Positions 10,062 to 19,962 of a DNA stretch of 64,000 nucleotides are shown piece by piece; within the stretch, counting starts at the first letter, position 1; each line of letters begins with the position of its first letter. Under the pieces are notes generated by a model, which saw only the letters and a list, made by a program, of their open reading frames with translations, was not told the origin of the DNA and ran no database searches. Source of the DNA: Acidobacteriota bacterium. Lineage in GTDB: Bacteria; Acidobacteriota; UBA890; WLXD01. The stretch lies in contig CAXWPH010000011.1 of assembly GCA_963666055.2 (NCBI GenBank), forward strand, positions 96,001 through 160,000, written 5' to 3'. The position numbers were made by a program, and so were the translations under genes.

Positions 10062-11467
10062 AGGGGCAGGACCGGCAGCATCACGGTTACCACCCGCATG
10101 GCCGGCACCCAGGCGGCTATCAACAGCAGCCCGGCAATCAACGCTGCGATCTGCACCAGGTAGGCGGGCCAGCGGCTTCGGCTGCGCGGATCACCTTGCA
10201 CGAGCTCGGTGGCCGTGAACCACGGAATGCACGCCAGCGCGAACAGGGGAAATCGCACGAGCCGCGGCGTCACCACCCGCCAGTTGAGCCAGACGTAGTC
10301 CGAGGTCAGCCCGACAGCCAACCAGAAAAAGACGAACAAGCCGACGCCCCATAGGACGTCGCTACCCGCTGGCGGGCCAACACGGAACCCCACCGCTAGC
10401 GCCAGCGTGCCGGCGATCAGGAGCCAGAGTGCGAGGCCGCCACCAACCATCATCCCGCCCAGATTGCCGACGTCGATCAAACGCGCCAGCCCGGCAACGA
10501 GCAGGCTGGCGAGCACGGGCGCGACGGCGAGCCCCACCCACTGCATCGGACGGCGTGCGAGGTGCCGTTCGCGGTCCGCGTCGCGCTGACTTACGGGCGC
10601 CAGCGACGCAACGATGAACATCCAGCCCACCACGTGAGCTAGCCACCAGACGATGCGGTGGTCGCTGTACTCGACGCGTTCCGTCGGAGCGAATTCGAGC
10701 GCCCGGTCGAGCCATTCCACCACCCCCTGGTGACTGGCGCGCCGGAAGAGAATCGAGAGGTGCTCAGCACCAGCGATCGGCGTCAGGGCGCGTGCCCGCC
10801 CGCTGCTGAAGTCGTCGCTCGGGCCGCCGGCGCGCTGCAATAGGAACTCCGCGTTTCGGCGGGAGCGCGCCTCCCAAGTACCCGCTTGGAGCAGCAAGTT
10901 GCGCGGCGTCGAGCTGGTCACCTCGGCCAGTGCCGGCGATATGGCTACCGTGGCTCGATAGCGCTCCGGATTCCGGCGGGCGGCGGCCATTACTGCGGCA
11001 CTGCCCATCGAATGGCCCACCAATGCGACGCGCTCCGCATCGACCTCCGGTTGGGCGATAAGCACCTCGTACGCGTGATCGATGCCGTCCTGGAGCAACT
11101 CGCGATCGAAGGGCAACGCATTGCGGCCGTGACCAACGAAATCCGTCAGCACGACGGCATAACCGGCGAGCGCGAGCACGTGAGCATGAGCGAGCATCAA
11201 GCGCTCTGATGCGGCAAGACCGTGCGCAATAATGACGCCTGGAACACGCGCCGCTGACAGCTCCTCTTCGTGGTCGATCGTCTCTCCCGCATGGCTGAGG
11301 CGATGGCGCTCCAACCGAAATAGCGGGTCGGTGACCATGTAGCGCATCGGATGCCCGGCACGGGTGGACTCCCGGGTAAGCAGGCCCGAGCTCGCGTTGA
11401 CAAGCAGCACGGTGGAGGCTGCCAGCAGCAGCACGCCGATCGCCATGCGGACCGCCGGACCCGACAT
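9944..11467 (-). CDS. Alpha/beta hydrolase fused to a multi-pass membrane domain
   Basis: IIAHGL, DFVGHG, GHSMG nucleophile elbow, GAEH; hydrophobic C-terminal half; start at 11467 in a TGATG overlap with the upstream gene. Confidence 0.82.
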   Translation of the reverse strand: MSGPAVRMAIGVLLLAASTVLLVNASSGLLTRESTRAGHPMRYMVTDPLFRLERHRLSHAGETIDHEEELSAARVPGVIIAHGLAASERLMLAHAHVLALAGYAVVLTDFVGHGRNALPFDRELLQDGIDHAYEVLIAQPEVDAERVALVGHSMGSAAVMAAARRNPERYRATVAISPALAEVTSSTPRNLLLQAGTWEARSRRNAEFLLQRAGGPSDDFSSGRARALTPIAGAEHLSILFRRASHQGVVEWLDRALEFAPTERVEYSDHRIVWWLAHVVGWMFIVASLAPVSQRDADRERHLARRPMQWVGLAVAPVLASLLVAGLARLIDVGNLGGMMVGGGLALWLLIAGTLALAVGFRVGPPAGSDVLWGVGLFVFFWLAVGLTSDYVWLNWRVVTPRLVRFPLFALACIPWFTATELVQGDPRSRSRWPAYLVQIAALIAGLLLIAAWVPAMRVVTVMLPVLPLYIGGFVFVGSRINRPWGYGIGAGMFFGWLLASVFPLVA

Positions 11468-11892
11468 CAGCGTCGCTCCACCGCTGGCCGATCCTTCAAC
11501 CGATAGACGAACTTCAGGCCGGACCAATCTTCATCGACCGCGCAGATCTTCACATCGACCAGCCCACCGTCGAGACCGGTGCTGCGGACATCCGCCTCGA
11601 CCAGATCTTTCGACAGCTTCGACGCCTTCTTCGGCCAGGAGATCCAAAGTGTGCCGTCGCTCGCCAGTGCTCGCTTCAGAGCCGGGAAGCGTCGCTGGAG
11701 CTGTGCATAGCTGGCGGTAAAGAAGTGCACGAAGTCCATCCTCCGCCCCAGGCGTTGCAACACGCGCAGGTCACTCGGTAGCGATCCGAGGAGCTCCCGA
11801 TAGTGGCTCGGGGCGTCAACGAACGCGACCTTCATCCCGGCCTTGATTCCGAGCTTCTTCACCAACGGTGTACCCGAATATCCGGCGCTCAA
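11467..11892 (-). CDS. DUF3052 family protein
   Basis: AGYSGTPLVKKLGIK, LWISWPKKASK, GLVDVKICAVDEDWSGLKFVYR. Confidence 0.85.
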   Translation of the reverse strand: MSAGYSGTPLVKKLGIKAGMKVAFVDAPSHYRELLGSLPSDLRVLQRLGRRMDFVHFFTASYAQLQRRFPALKRALASDGTLWISWPKKASKLSKDLVEADVRSTGLDGGLVDVKICAVDEDWSGLKFVYRLKDRPAVERR

Positions 11893-11989
11893 GCCAGCTC
11901 CTCCCTTCTACGCCGCGCGATTGCCCACCGAGCCAGCTGAGACCTCCAGTGGGTGAGGTCGGCGATGCGACCCCCGATGGAGTATCGGG

Positions 11990-12163
11990 CCGCTGGTGGC
12001 CGGCGAGCGGATGGCGGCTGCGCGGCGTGAACCTCTTAATCGCGACGTGCCTCTGACTACGCGGGTCAAACGCTCGCCAGACTTCTCTACCCGATCCGTT
12101 GCCGATCTGATCGAGTAACTCGAAGCGACCGCAGCGGTGAGGACTACTCATCTCAGCCTGCAT
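11990..12163 (-). pseudogene. Ser/Thr kinase N-lobe remnant
   Basis: GRFELLDQIGNGSGREVWRAFDPRSQRHVAIK (subdomains I-II), then similarity is lost; boundaries approximate. Confidence 0.6.
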
Positions 12164-12408
12164 CCTAGCCCCTCGATCACGATTCATGCCATCCTCCCCT
12201 GCCCCGCATCGAGCCTGCCGCCACTGCTCGGCTGAGGCACGGCGTGTACCCCGGTGTCCGCCAAGGGCATGTCCAGGCGCGGCAACCTAGTGACGGCGTG
12301 TCCGACGTGCGTCGCTGGTTGCCGGCGGCCCGCCACCTCCGCTGCCGACCATCGGCCGCATCGGCTACAATCCAGCGGTCCTAGCCTACCCTGGCAACTG
12401 CGAGCACC

Positions 12409-13161
12409 ATGAATGATCCTGATGGCCCGCCGACCACACGCGTCGACGTGGGCTATCACACCCTGGTCGGACGGGTCCGCGACCACAACGAGGACACGCT
12501 CAAGGTCGACCGGGACATCGGGCTATTCGTCGTCGCCGATGGTATGGGCGGGCACAACGCCGGGGAACGCGCTAGCCAGTTGGCCGTTGAGGTGGTGCAC
12601 GGCTTCGTCGCCGACCACACCGACAAGCCGGTTGGTGCGGCGGAGCTGACTCGAGCCTTCTTGCGAGCCAATACGGTGATTTACGAGGAATCGCTCCAAC
12701 ACAGCGAGCGCAGCGGCATGGGGACGACGCTCACCGCATTGCTCGTCAACGGTACAAGCTACCGGGTGGCGCACGTCGGAGACTCCCGCGCATGGCTGGT
12801 ACGCGACGGGGTCGGGCGCCAGATCACCGACGACCATTCGGTGCTCGCCGAGCAGGTACGCCTCGGCGTGATCAGTGCGGAGGATGCCGCTCGCCACCCG
12901 ATGCGCAACGTGCTTACGCGCAGCATCGGCAACACCCCGGACGTCGAAGTAGACGTGCTCGAGGGCGAATCGCTACCCGGAGATATTTGGGTGCTCGGAA
13001 CGGACGGCATGACCCAGGTGATGGACACCGAGCGCATTGCCGAGTTCGCGACCGGCAATACCGGTGCCGATCAGACGGCGCGCGCTATCGTGGATGCCGC
13101 TTGCGCAGAGGACGGCAGCGACAACGTCACCGCGGTCGTCGTGCGCTTCCCGAACGCCTAA
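12409..13161 (+). CDS. PP2C-family Ser/Thr protein phosphatase (Stp1/PrpC-like)
   Basis: GRVRDHNED, VADGMGGH, GMGTT, HVGDSRA, DHS, TDG, DNVT. Confidence 0.93.
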   Translation: MNDPDGPPTTRVDVGYHTLVGRVRDHNEDTLKVDRDIGLFVVADGMGGHNAGERASQLAVEVVHGFVADHTDKPVGAAELTRAFLRANTVIYEESLQHSERSGMGTTLTALLVNGTSYRVAHVGDSRAWLVRDGVGRQITDDHSVLAEQVRLGVISAEDAARHPMRNVLTRSIGNTPDVEVDVLEGESLPGDIWVLGTDGMTQVMDTERIAEFATGNTGADQTARAIVDAACAEDGSDNVTAVVVRFPNA

Positions 13162-13179
13162 CCGCCCGCCAAAGGTTGC

Positions 13180-14988
13180 TCATCTACCGTCGGTTGCCAC
13201 CGAAGCGGGAGTGAGCCGCACGTACCAGAGCCGGAAGGCGCCCGCGACGGCAGGTGAGTCTCCTGCTCCACCACGATCGACGGCCACGAACTCGAGATTG
13301 TTGAACCCTGACCTGACCGCCGAGGACGGGACGGCCATTTCGTAGGCACCGATGCGCTCCTCCGAGTACTGCAGTCGTAAGCGTCCGATCGGCCGGTCGT
13401 TCAGGCGTAGCTGGAGCACCTGCCGCAAAGCGCCCCCCGTGAGGAGCGGATCCATGCGGATCAGGAAATGGTAGTCACGCCCGCCGCGCATCGGCACGCG
13501 GAGGCGGGCGCGACCGCCCGTCGAGCGGCGCACCATCTGGTTGCCGAGCCACTCGCTCCGATACCAGCCCTCGGCGAACCAGATGCTATCCCGGTACCCT
13601 GCGGCGACCGACGTCGCCCGCCAACGCGACAGGTCGTCCAGATTCTCCAGCACCGGTAGCAGGTAGACGGGGACCAGCAATAGCCCCAGCACCGCGACGG
13701 TGATCGCGACCTTCGGTGCGGCGCGGGTCACCGCTATCCGCACCGGCTCGTCGTCCGAGCGGAGGGCCCATAGCCAGGCGGAGAGCTTCACTCCAGCGAA
13801 AGCCGCCGAGACGATGAGGAACGGATACGAGTGCATCGTCAAGCGCCATTCCGTGTACGCCCGCAGACTGGCGACATAGGCGAACGGCAGGATCGATGCG
13901 GCAAACACCAAAAGAACCGCCCTGCCCTGCACGCTCCATACCCATAGCACCACCCCCACGATCGACAGCAGCGACAGCACCCTCGACCCATGCGGGCTCC
14001 AGGGGTCAAGACCTTGCCACTTGTTCGCCCATGGATAGACGGTCATGCCTTGTAGCATGTCGTCGAATGTCGCCACAGGCGATTGCAAGAGTCGCTCGGC
14101 GAACCCCGCCCCAAGCCCGGTCCCGGAATCATAGAACTCGGACTGCAAGCTGAACGTATAGAAGGGATCGCCTTGCACCCACCAGCAGCTGATCAGGTAC
14201 GGACCGACCAGCAGCGCCACCATCACGACTGCCGCCACTGCCCAACCGAAAGTCTGCCGCCGGCTCGCTGCCGCTCGCGGCCATACGGCAAAAGCAATGC
14301 CTGGTAGAACGAACGATAGCGCCGTGATACGCGTCAGGCAGGCAAGCGCGCCGACGAAGCCGAGCAGGAGCGCTCGACCGTCCGACTGCCGACGCGTCAT
14401 GCACAAGCAAGCCCAGGCGAACGCCACGGTCAGCACGGTGAACAGGTCTGCCCGCCAGCCGTCGGTGCCCCACCAGATGAGATCCCGCTCCATGGCAACA
14501 AACAGCGCTGCAACCAGGCCCGTCACCGCGCCTCCGATCGCACGCCCCAGCGCGTACGTGACCAACACGATCAAGCTGGAGAAGAACGTCGACATCAGGC
14601 TGAGTGCGATGTCGTGGCCGCCGGTCAGCGCGAGGCTCACCTTGGTCAGAAACACGAAGAGCGGCTCTCTGACCTGCCCTTCGTAAAACGACCCCATCGA
14701 TCGCGCCAGCTCGACGTAGCCGAGCTGATCGCGCGTGTACGGGTAGTGTCCAATCTTGAGCGACTCGTTGAGAATCCAATCGAAGCTCGCGGGGCGTATT
14801 CGTGCAGCCAGCCCTGCGCACCATTCTTGCAGGCGCGCGGCGCCAAGTCCTGCGACGACCGCGTTGTACTTGAGATACAGCGCTTCGAAGCGCAAGAGGA
14901 AGCCAAACAGATAGATGACGCCGAGGATCGACAACTCGATCCACCAGCGTCCGCCGATGAGGTGCGACTTCGTGCCCGCAGCCGGCAA
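13180..14988 (-). CDS. GT-C fold (ArnT/PMT-like) membrane glycosyltransferase
   Basis: Multiple TM segments, early loop DQLGY...REPLF, LTR motif, soluble C-terminal domain; TTG start uncertain. Confidence 0.72.
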   Translation of the reverse strand: MPAAGTKSHLIGGRWWIELSILGVIYLFGFLLRFEALYLKYNAVVAGLGAARLQEWCAGLAARIRPASFDWILNESLKIGHYPYTRDQLGYVELARSMGSFYEGQVREPLFVFLTKVSLALTGGHDIALSLMSTFFSSLIVLVTYALGRAIGGAVTGLVAALFVAMERDLIWWGTDGWRADLFTVLTVAFAWACLCMTRRQSDGRALLLGFVGALACLTRITALSFVLPGIAFAVWPRAAASRRQTFGWAVAAVVMVALLVGPYLISCWWVQGDPFYTFSLQSEFYDSGTGLGAGFAERLLQSPVATFDDMLQGMTVYPWANKWQGLDPWSPHGSRVLSLLSIVGVVLWVWSVQGRAVLLVFAASILPFAYVASLRAYTEWRLTMHSYPFLIVSAAFAGVKLSAWLWALRSDDEPVRIAVTRAAPKVAITVAVLGLLLVPVYLLPVLENLDDLSRWRATSVAAGYRDSIWFAEGWYRSEWLGNQMVRRSTGGRARLRVPMRGGRDYHFLIRMDPLLTGGALRQVLQLRLNDRPIGRLRLQYSEERIGAYEMAVPSSAVRSGFNNLEFVAVDRGGAGDSPAVAGAFRLWYVRLTPASVATDGR

Positions 14989-14994
14989 CCGCGC

Positions 14995-16641
14995 CTACTC
15001 CGCTGGCTCGCCGTCGGCAACGCGGCACTGTGTGATGCTGTCGCGCTCGAGCCGCGCACGGATCTCCTCCGACAGCACCTCGAAGTCGACCCCCAACCTC
15101 CGCGCAGTCTCCGTCGCCATCGACGTTCCTGCCACGCCGGGTATGAATTGATACGTCGACTCGCCGCCGTCGATGTCGACCTGCAAAAAATCGAGATGGG
15201 GCAACGTGCGCTGGGCATCCAGCTGACGCGCCAGGTCGAGAAAATGAGTTGTGACGAACGCCCGCGGCGACAGCTCGCTCAACAGCTGCAGCACCATTAG
15301 CACGATCTCGGCGGCTTCCGACGGGTTGGTCCCGGAGCAGAGCTCATCGAGCAAGATCATCGATCGCGGTCGAATGTACTGAAATAGCGTGCGGATGCGT
15401 ACCAGCTCCTGACCGAGCCGTCCTTCGAGCTGGTCGGCTGAATCAGTCTGAACCACAGAAGCGAACAGGCCGCTACACATCGGCACATGTGCCTCCGCGG
15501 CGGCGACATAGAGACCCGACTGCGCCATGAGCTGCAGCAGCCCGAGGCCCTGCAGCAGTCTGGTCTTGCCGCCCGAGTTCGGCCCGGTTACTACGGTGAT
15601 TGATTCGTCGCTGTGCTGGCTGACATCGCACGGTATGGGCGCTGCATCCTGTCTGAGCAGCAGCGGATTGAACACCCTACGCAGCTTCAGCGAGCCACGG
15701 TCGACCACCGTCGGCAGGCACACATCGAGCCCCTGCTTCCGGCAGGTGTCGGCGAACGCCCGGCTCGTGAGGTAGACCTCGAGGTGTCCGACGAGCGTCA
15801 ACACGCGCGCCAGCGACGGGGCGATGCGCTGGTACACGTCGATGATCACCCGGTTGACCATCTCACGCGAGCTGAGGTTGTAGCCGCGCCAGTAAGTGCC
15901 GAACAGATCGCGCCAGCGTCGCCACGCCGATTTATAGAAGCGGTTGTCGCGAGCCTCCTCGAAGTCCTCGATCTGCAGCTTTTTGATGCGGCCATCGGCT
16001 CCGAGCTGCAAAGAAACAGTGACCGAGGCGATGCTCTCCTCGTAGACGAGCAAGTCGGTGAGGATCTTGTAGTCCCGCGTCGCCATGATACCGAGACCTG
16101 CTTCGTGAATCCGGCATAGGCCAGACGAGCTAGAGGCGAAATCGCTCACCATGAGGTTGATCACGTCGCGAGCCTGCCCCAGCACGCCAAGCCGGTAAAA
16201 CGTGTTGTCGACGGTCCGAACGGTGTGCGCTGACTTGATCAAATCGAGCAACGCGATGAGCTCGACATAGAGGCGCTCGGTACGATCCCGGACATCGGCA
16301 TCGGTTTCGAGCTCCCGCAGAATTGCCTGGCGAAAGTGCACCGTCTCGAGATCGACGGGCGGACGCGACAGGACACGATGCAGGAATTCCGGGTGGGCGC
16401 GGTAATCGCTACCACCGATCTCGATGTGCGACGAGTCCTCGACGAACTCGGTGAGAAACACGTCCTCGTCGAACATCCTCGGATCCCACGGCGACGCCTC
16501 CAACGGCGACTCACCCAAACGCTCATGGATGCGCGCCGTCTCGTTGGCACCGAGGAATGCGATCTCGAGGAGGTCTTCGAGCAGCTCGTTGTCCGGGTAC
16601 GCGTGCTCGCGGCCGTGCAGCAGATCGGGTATTGGAATCAT
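14995..16641 (-). CDS. MutS-related ATPase (domain V only recognisable)
   Basis: FNPLL, TGPNSGGKT Walker A, ILLDELCSGTNPSE, FVTTHF; 548 aa, no mismatch-recognition domain or Smr domain seen. Confidence 0.82.
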   Translation of the reverse strand: MIPIPDLLHGREHAYPDNELLEDLLEIAFLGANETARIHERLGESPLEASPWDPRMFDEDVFLTEFVEDSSHIEIGGSDYRAHPEFLHRVLSRPPVDLETVHFRQAILRELETDADVRDRTERLYVELIALLDLIKSAHTVRTVDNTFYRLGVLGQARDVINLMVSDFASSSSGLCRIHEAGLGIMATRDYKILTDLLVYEESIASVTVSLQLGADGRIKKLQIEDFEEARDNRFYKSAWRRWRDLFGTYWRGYNLSSREMVNRVIIDVYQRIAPSLARVLTLVGHLEVYLTSRAFADTCRKQGLDVCLPTVVDRGSLKLRRVFNPLLLRQDAAPIPCDVSQHSDESITVVTGPNSGGKTRLLQGLGLLQLMAQSGLYVAAAEAHVPMCSGLFASVVQTDSADQLEGRLGQELVRIRTLFQYIRPRSMILLDELCSGTNPSEAAEIVLMVLQLLSELSPRAFVTTHFLDLARQLDAQRTLPHLDFLQVDIDGGESTYQFIPGVAGTSMATETARRLGVDFEVLSEEIRARLERDSITQCRVADGEPAE

Positions 16642-16785
16642 CCGCTGATGCTACAGGGTGGCGCCGCCGATCATGGCTCGTCTCGCAGGACAGCTGCCGC
16701 GCCGCGCTCGTCGGCGTCGCGCCGCCAACAACGCCATCCTCCGCGCAGAGCACCTCAGGCAACACCGTCGCTCCGTCGCGCGAGA

Positions 16786-16822
16786 AACAATTCCTTGACG
16801 AATCGAGGTAGCCTAGGCTACA
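16786..16822 (+). promoter_or_regulatory. Promoter/operator: TTGACG -35-like hexamer plus perfect palindrome GTAGCCTAGGCTAC (16808-16821)
   Basis: 37-bp block identical in both duplicate copies while flanks diverge; -10 box not clearly assignable. Confidence 0.75.
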
Positions 16823-16861
16823 CAACGTTGACGTCTTGCCCCGAAGGAGGAGGCACCACTC

Positions 16862-18013
16862 ATGTCGCTCTCACGTCGCGCACTCTTTGGCGTCCACGCA
16901 ACAGCGGGAAAGGGGTGGTCTGGCGCGCTCATCGCTGCCCGCGGCCGTGAAGCGCTGGTCGATGAGCTCTGGCCCAACACTGAAGATGTGGCGGTTGTGC
17001 CACCGCCGGCTAATGGTGAGATCCGTTTGAGCAGCAATGAGAACCCGCTGGGTCCTGGCGAGCGGGCCCTGGACGCCGTTCGAGAAGCGTTCAACGACGC
17101 CAGCCGGTATCCTGACAACACCAGCCTGCAAGCTGCCCTGGCGGCAGCCAACGACGCCCGCCCGGAACACGTGCTGCTCGGTGCGGGGTCGGGCGAGATC
17201 CTCAAGGACGCGGTACAGGCGTTCACCTCGAAGTCCAAGCACCTGGTTACCGCGACCCCCACCTATCTGAGGTCAGCCCGCGTCGCGGAGTACTTGGGGG
17301 CCGAGGTGAGAGCCATTCCCGTCGACGCCGACGGCAAGCTGAACCTGGGCGCGATGGCGGAGGCGGCCAAGGGAGCCGGCCTGGTCTTCGTGTGCAATCC
17401 CAACAACCCGACCGGCACGCTGCATCAGGCGGAAGCGATCGCCGAGTTCGTCGAGCAGGTGCAACACATATCTCCAGACACGGTCATTCACTTCGACGAG
17501 GCCTACCACGAGTACGTTACCGATCCCGGCTACCGATCGGCGCTGTCGTTGGCGTTATGGACACCGAACGTCTTCGTCAGCCGCACCTTCTCGAAGGTCT
17601 ACGGTATGGCGGGGCTACGGATCGGCTACGCGGTGGGGCACCGAGACACGATCGCGCAGCTAAGCCGCTACGGGCTACCGGACAACACCAACAACGTCGG
17701 CGTCGCCGCTGCCTACGCAACTTTCCAGGATACGGCGCGCATGCACCGTGAGGGAAAGCGCAACGCCGAGACGCGGCAGTTCACCGTCGACTTCTTCGAA
17801 AACGCGGGATACGGAGTGTTCGAGTCCAACGCGAACTTCATCTTCGTCAACATCGGCCGTCCAGCGGCCGATCTGCGGTCTGCGTGCGCCAAGCAAGGCA
17901 TCCGTATCGGGCGTGACTTCCCGCCGATGGAGAAGACCCACGCCCGGATCTCGATCGGGACTATGGAAGAAATGCAGCGAGCGACCGAGGTATTTGGGGA
18001 GGCGCTGGCATGA
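16862..18013 (+). CDS. HisC-like class I/II PLP aminotransferase with twin-arginine N-terminus (gene A)
   Basis: MSLSRRALF; LSSNENPLG, CNPNNPTG, DEAYHEY, RTFSKVYGMAGLRIGY. Confidence 0.9.
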   Translation: MSLSRRALFGVHATAGKGWSGALIAARGREALVDELWPNTEDVAVVPPPANGEIRLSSNENPLGPGERALDAVREAFNDASRYPDNTSLQAALAAANDARPEHVLLGAGSGEILKDAVQAFTSKSKHLVTATPTYLRSARVAEYLGAEVRAIPVDADGKLNLGAMAEAAKGAGLVFVCNPNNPTGTLHQAEAIAEFVEQVQHISPDTVIHFDEAYHEYVTDPGYRSALSLALWTPNVFVSRTFSKVYGMAGLRIGYAVGHRDTIAQLSRYGLPDNTNNVGVAAAYATFQDTARMHREGKRNAETRQFTVDFFENAGYGVFESNANFIFVNIGRPAADLRSACAKQGIRIGRDFPPMEKTHARISIGTMEEMQRATEVFGEALA

Positions 18014-19197
18014 GCGCGTCTACGAGGGAGAAGACAGGGATGTCCGTTTCACGACGCTCGTTCGTCAAGAGGGTGGGTGTCGGTTCCGCCGCCGCAGCGA
18101 TGATGGCATACGAGGGGCCTCGATCGATGGCGCGGGCCTGGTCGCTATCACTGCCGGAGGAAGAGCGGCCGCTGTTCCTGCAGTACAACGAGAACCCGCT
18201 GGGCCCGGGCGACCGGGCACTGGAGGCCATGGAGACCGGCATCACAGCGGGCAGCCACCCGACCGCACGCTACAGCATCAGCACCGCGGACCTGGTGGAC
18301 GCGATCGCAAGCACGCAGGGCGTGCCCCAGGCCAACATCATCGTCGGCAACGGCTCCACGCAGGTGCTGCGCACGGCGACGCACGTTTTCACGTCGCCCA
18401 CCAAGCACCTGGTCACCGGCGCTCCCTCCTATGGTGAGTGCTCGGGCTACGCGGAGCTGATTGGCACACCGGTAGAGTTCGTGCCGGTGGACGCTTCGCT
18501 GCGCCTCGACCTCAACGCCATGGCCGACGCCGCTAAGGGCGCCGGTATGGTGTTTCTCGATAACCCCAACAACCCGACGGCGACGCTGCATAGCGCCGAC
18601 GAAATGGGCGCCTTCATCGATCGGGTGATGACCGAGTCGGAGGCCGTGATCCTCGTCGACGAGGCTTACCACGACTACGTCACCGATCCGGCGTACCGGT
18701 CGGAGGTGACACGCGCGGTGAGGAACAAGCGAGTCCTGGTGGCGCGTACGTTCTCCAAGGCCCATGGCATGGCTGGGATGCGCATCGGCTACGGCGTGGC
18801 GCATGCCGACACGCTGGCGGCCATGCGGCAGTGGCATTATGGTTTGAGCCTCAATGTGGCGGCGATCGCCGGTGCGGCGGGATCGCTGCGGGATACGGAT
18901 CACATCGCGGCGGAGCGCGCACGCAACACCGAGGTACGCCACTTCACGGTCAACTGGTTCAAGTTGCACGGCATCCAGGGCACCGACACGCAGACCAACT
19001 TCGTCTTCATGCGTACGGGGGTGCCGGCAGCGGACTTCCGCAGCGGGTGCGCCAAGCACGCGATTCTCGTGGGTCGCGACTTCAGGCCATTCCACGACGA
19101 CTGGGCGCGGATCTCGCTCGGTACGATGGCAGAGATGCAGCGCGCCACCGAGGTTTTCGGGCGCGTGCTGCAAGTCAAGAAGGTGGCGGCGGCATAG
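18010..19197 (+). CDS. HisC-like class I/II PLP aminotransferase with Tat signal (gene B)
   Basis: MSVSRRSFVKRVGVGSAAAA (alternative start 18040); NENPLG, DNPNNPT, DEAY, RTFSKAHGMAGMRIGY. Confidence 0.9.
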   Translation: MSASTREKTGMSVSRRSFVKRVGVGSAAAAMMAYEGPRSMARAWSLSLPEEERPLFLQYNENPLGPGDRALEAMETGITAGSHPTARYSISTADLVDAIASTQGVPQANIIVGNGSTQVLRTATHVFTSPTKHLVTGAPSYGECSGYAELIGTPVEFVPVDASLRLDLNAMADAAKGAGMVFLDNPNNPTATLHSADEMGAFIDRVMTESEAVILVDEAYHDYVTDPAYRSEVTRAVRNKRVLVARTFSKAHGMAGMRIGYGVAHADTLAAMRQWHYGLSLNVAAIAGAAGSLRDTDHIAAERARNTEVRHFTVNWFKLHGIQGTDTQTNFVFMRTGVPAADFRSGCAKHAILVGRDFRPFHDDWARISLGTMAEMQRATEVFGRVLQVKKVAAA

Positions 19198-19223
19198 GCG
19201 TCACGCGCCGCCGATCGAGCCGG

Positions 19224-19697
19224 ATGTCTGGTGCTGTTCGATTCTCCGGCCGAGCCGCGAACCTAGCGGTGGCGGCGCTGGCTTTGCTCGCCGTGCTACC
19301 AGTGTCGGTCGGCCTGGCCGCAGAGCCACCGCAGAGCCCGGAGGGTGCGGAGTACCGATCCACGCGCGACGGCGTGTACTCGAGCCACGAAGCTGGCCGG
19401 GGCCAGGCTCTCTACGAGCGCGTCTGCACCTACTGCCACGACATGACGGAGTTCGGCGCCGAATACATGAGCGGGTGGGAAGGTCAGCCGATCGGGGCCC
19501 TCTTCGACTTCATCAGCGCGACCATGCCGGAGGACAATCCCGGCGATCTGAGCCGGCAGCAGTACTCCGACATCGTTGCCTACCTGCTTCGTGTCAACGG
19601 CTCACCAGTCGGTGAGCAAGACATGGGCAACGACGCAGCGCAGCTCGATCAGATCCTCATCGAGGGCCCTTTCGAGGAGCGCGCCGATCAACGTTGA
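19224..19697 (+). CDS. Monoheme cytochrome c
   Basis: Signal peptide, RSTRDGVYS...GQALY, CTYCH, TMP distal Met, DIVAYLL. Confidence 0.85.
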   Translation: MSGAVRFSGRAANLAVAALALLAVLPVSVGLAAEPPQSPEGAEYRSTRDGVYSSHEAGRGQALYERVCTYCHDMTEFGAEYMSGWEGQPIGALFDFISATMPEDNPGDLSRQQYSDIVAYLLRVNGSPVGEQDMGNDAAQLDQILIEGPFEERADQR

Positions 19698-19885
19698 TGT
19701 GCTCGCACCGGCAACCGACCGCCTGCCGCTAGCAGGCCCTGGTGGGCCGAGGGCTGCGCTGGGCAACGCTCGCCGCCATCCTTGCCACCGTGGTCTGGCT
19801 CCTGTCGATTCTGTTCGGGGCACACCTGCGGCTGGGGCAGGAACATCCGAGCAGCTCAGACAACACCGCCGTGCCGTCGCGCGGG

Positions 19886-19922
19886 AACAATTCCTTGACG
19901 AATCGAGGTAGCCTAGGCTACA
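19886..19922 (+). promoter_or_regulatory. Second copy of the promoter/operator (palindrome 19908-19921)
   Basis: Identical to 16786-16822. Confidence 0.75.
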
Positions 19923-19962
19923 TGATGTCAACGTCTTGTCTGGAAGGAGGGGGTACCCACTT

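Noticed and set aside
16862-19197. Calling these genes hisC
   Set aside because: Twin-arginine N-termini, paired paralogues and no his operon context; only the fold is supported.
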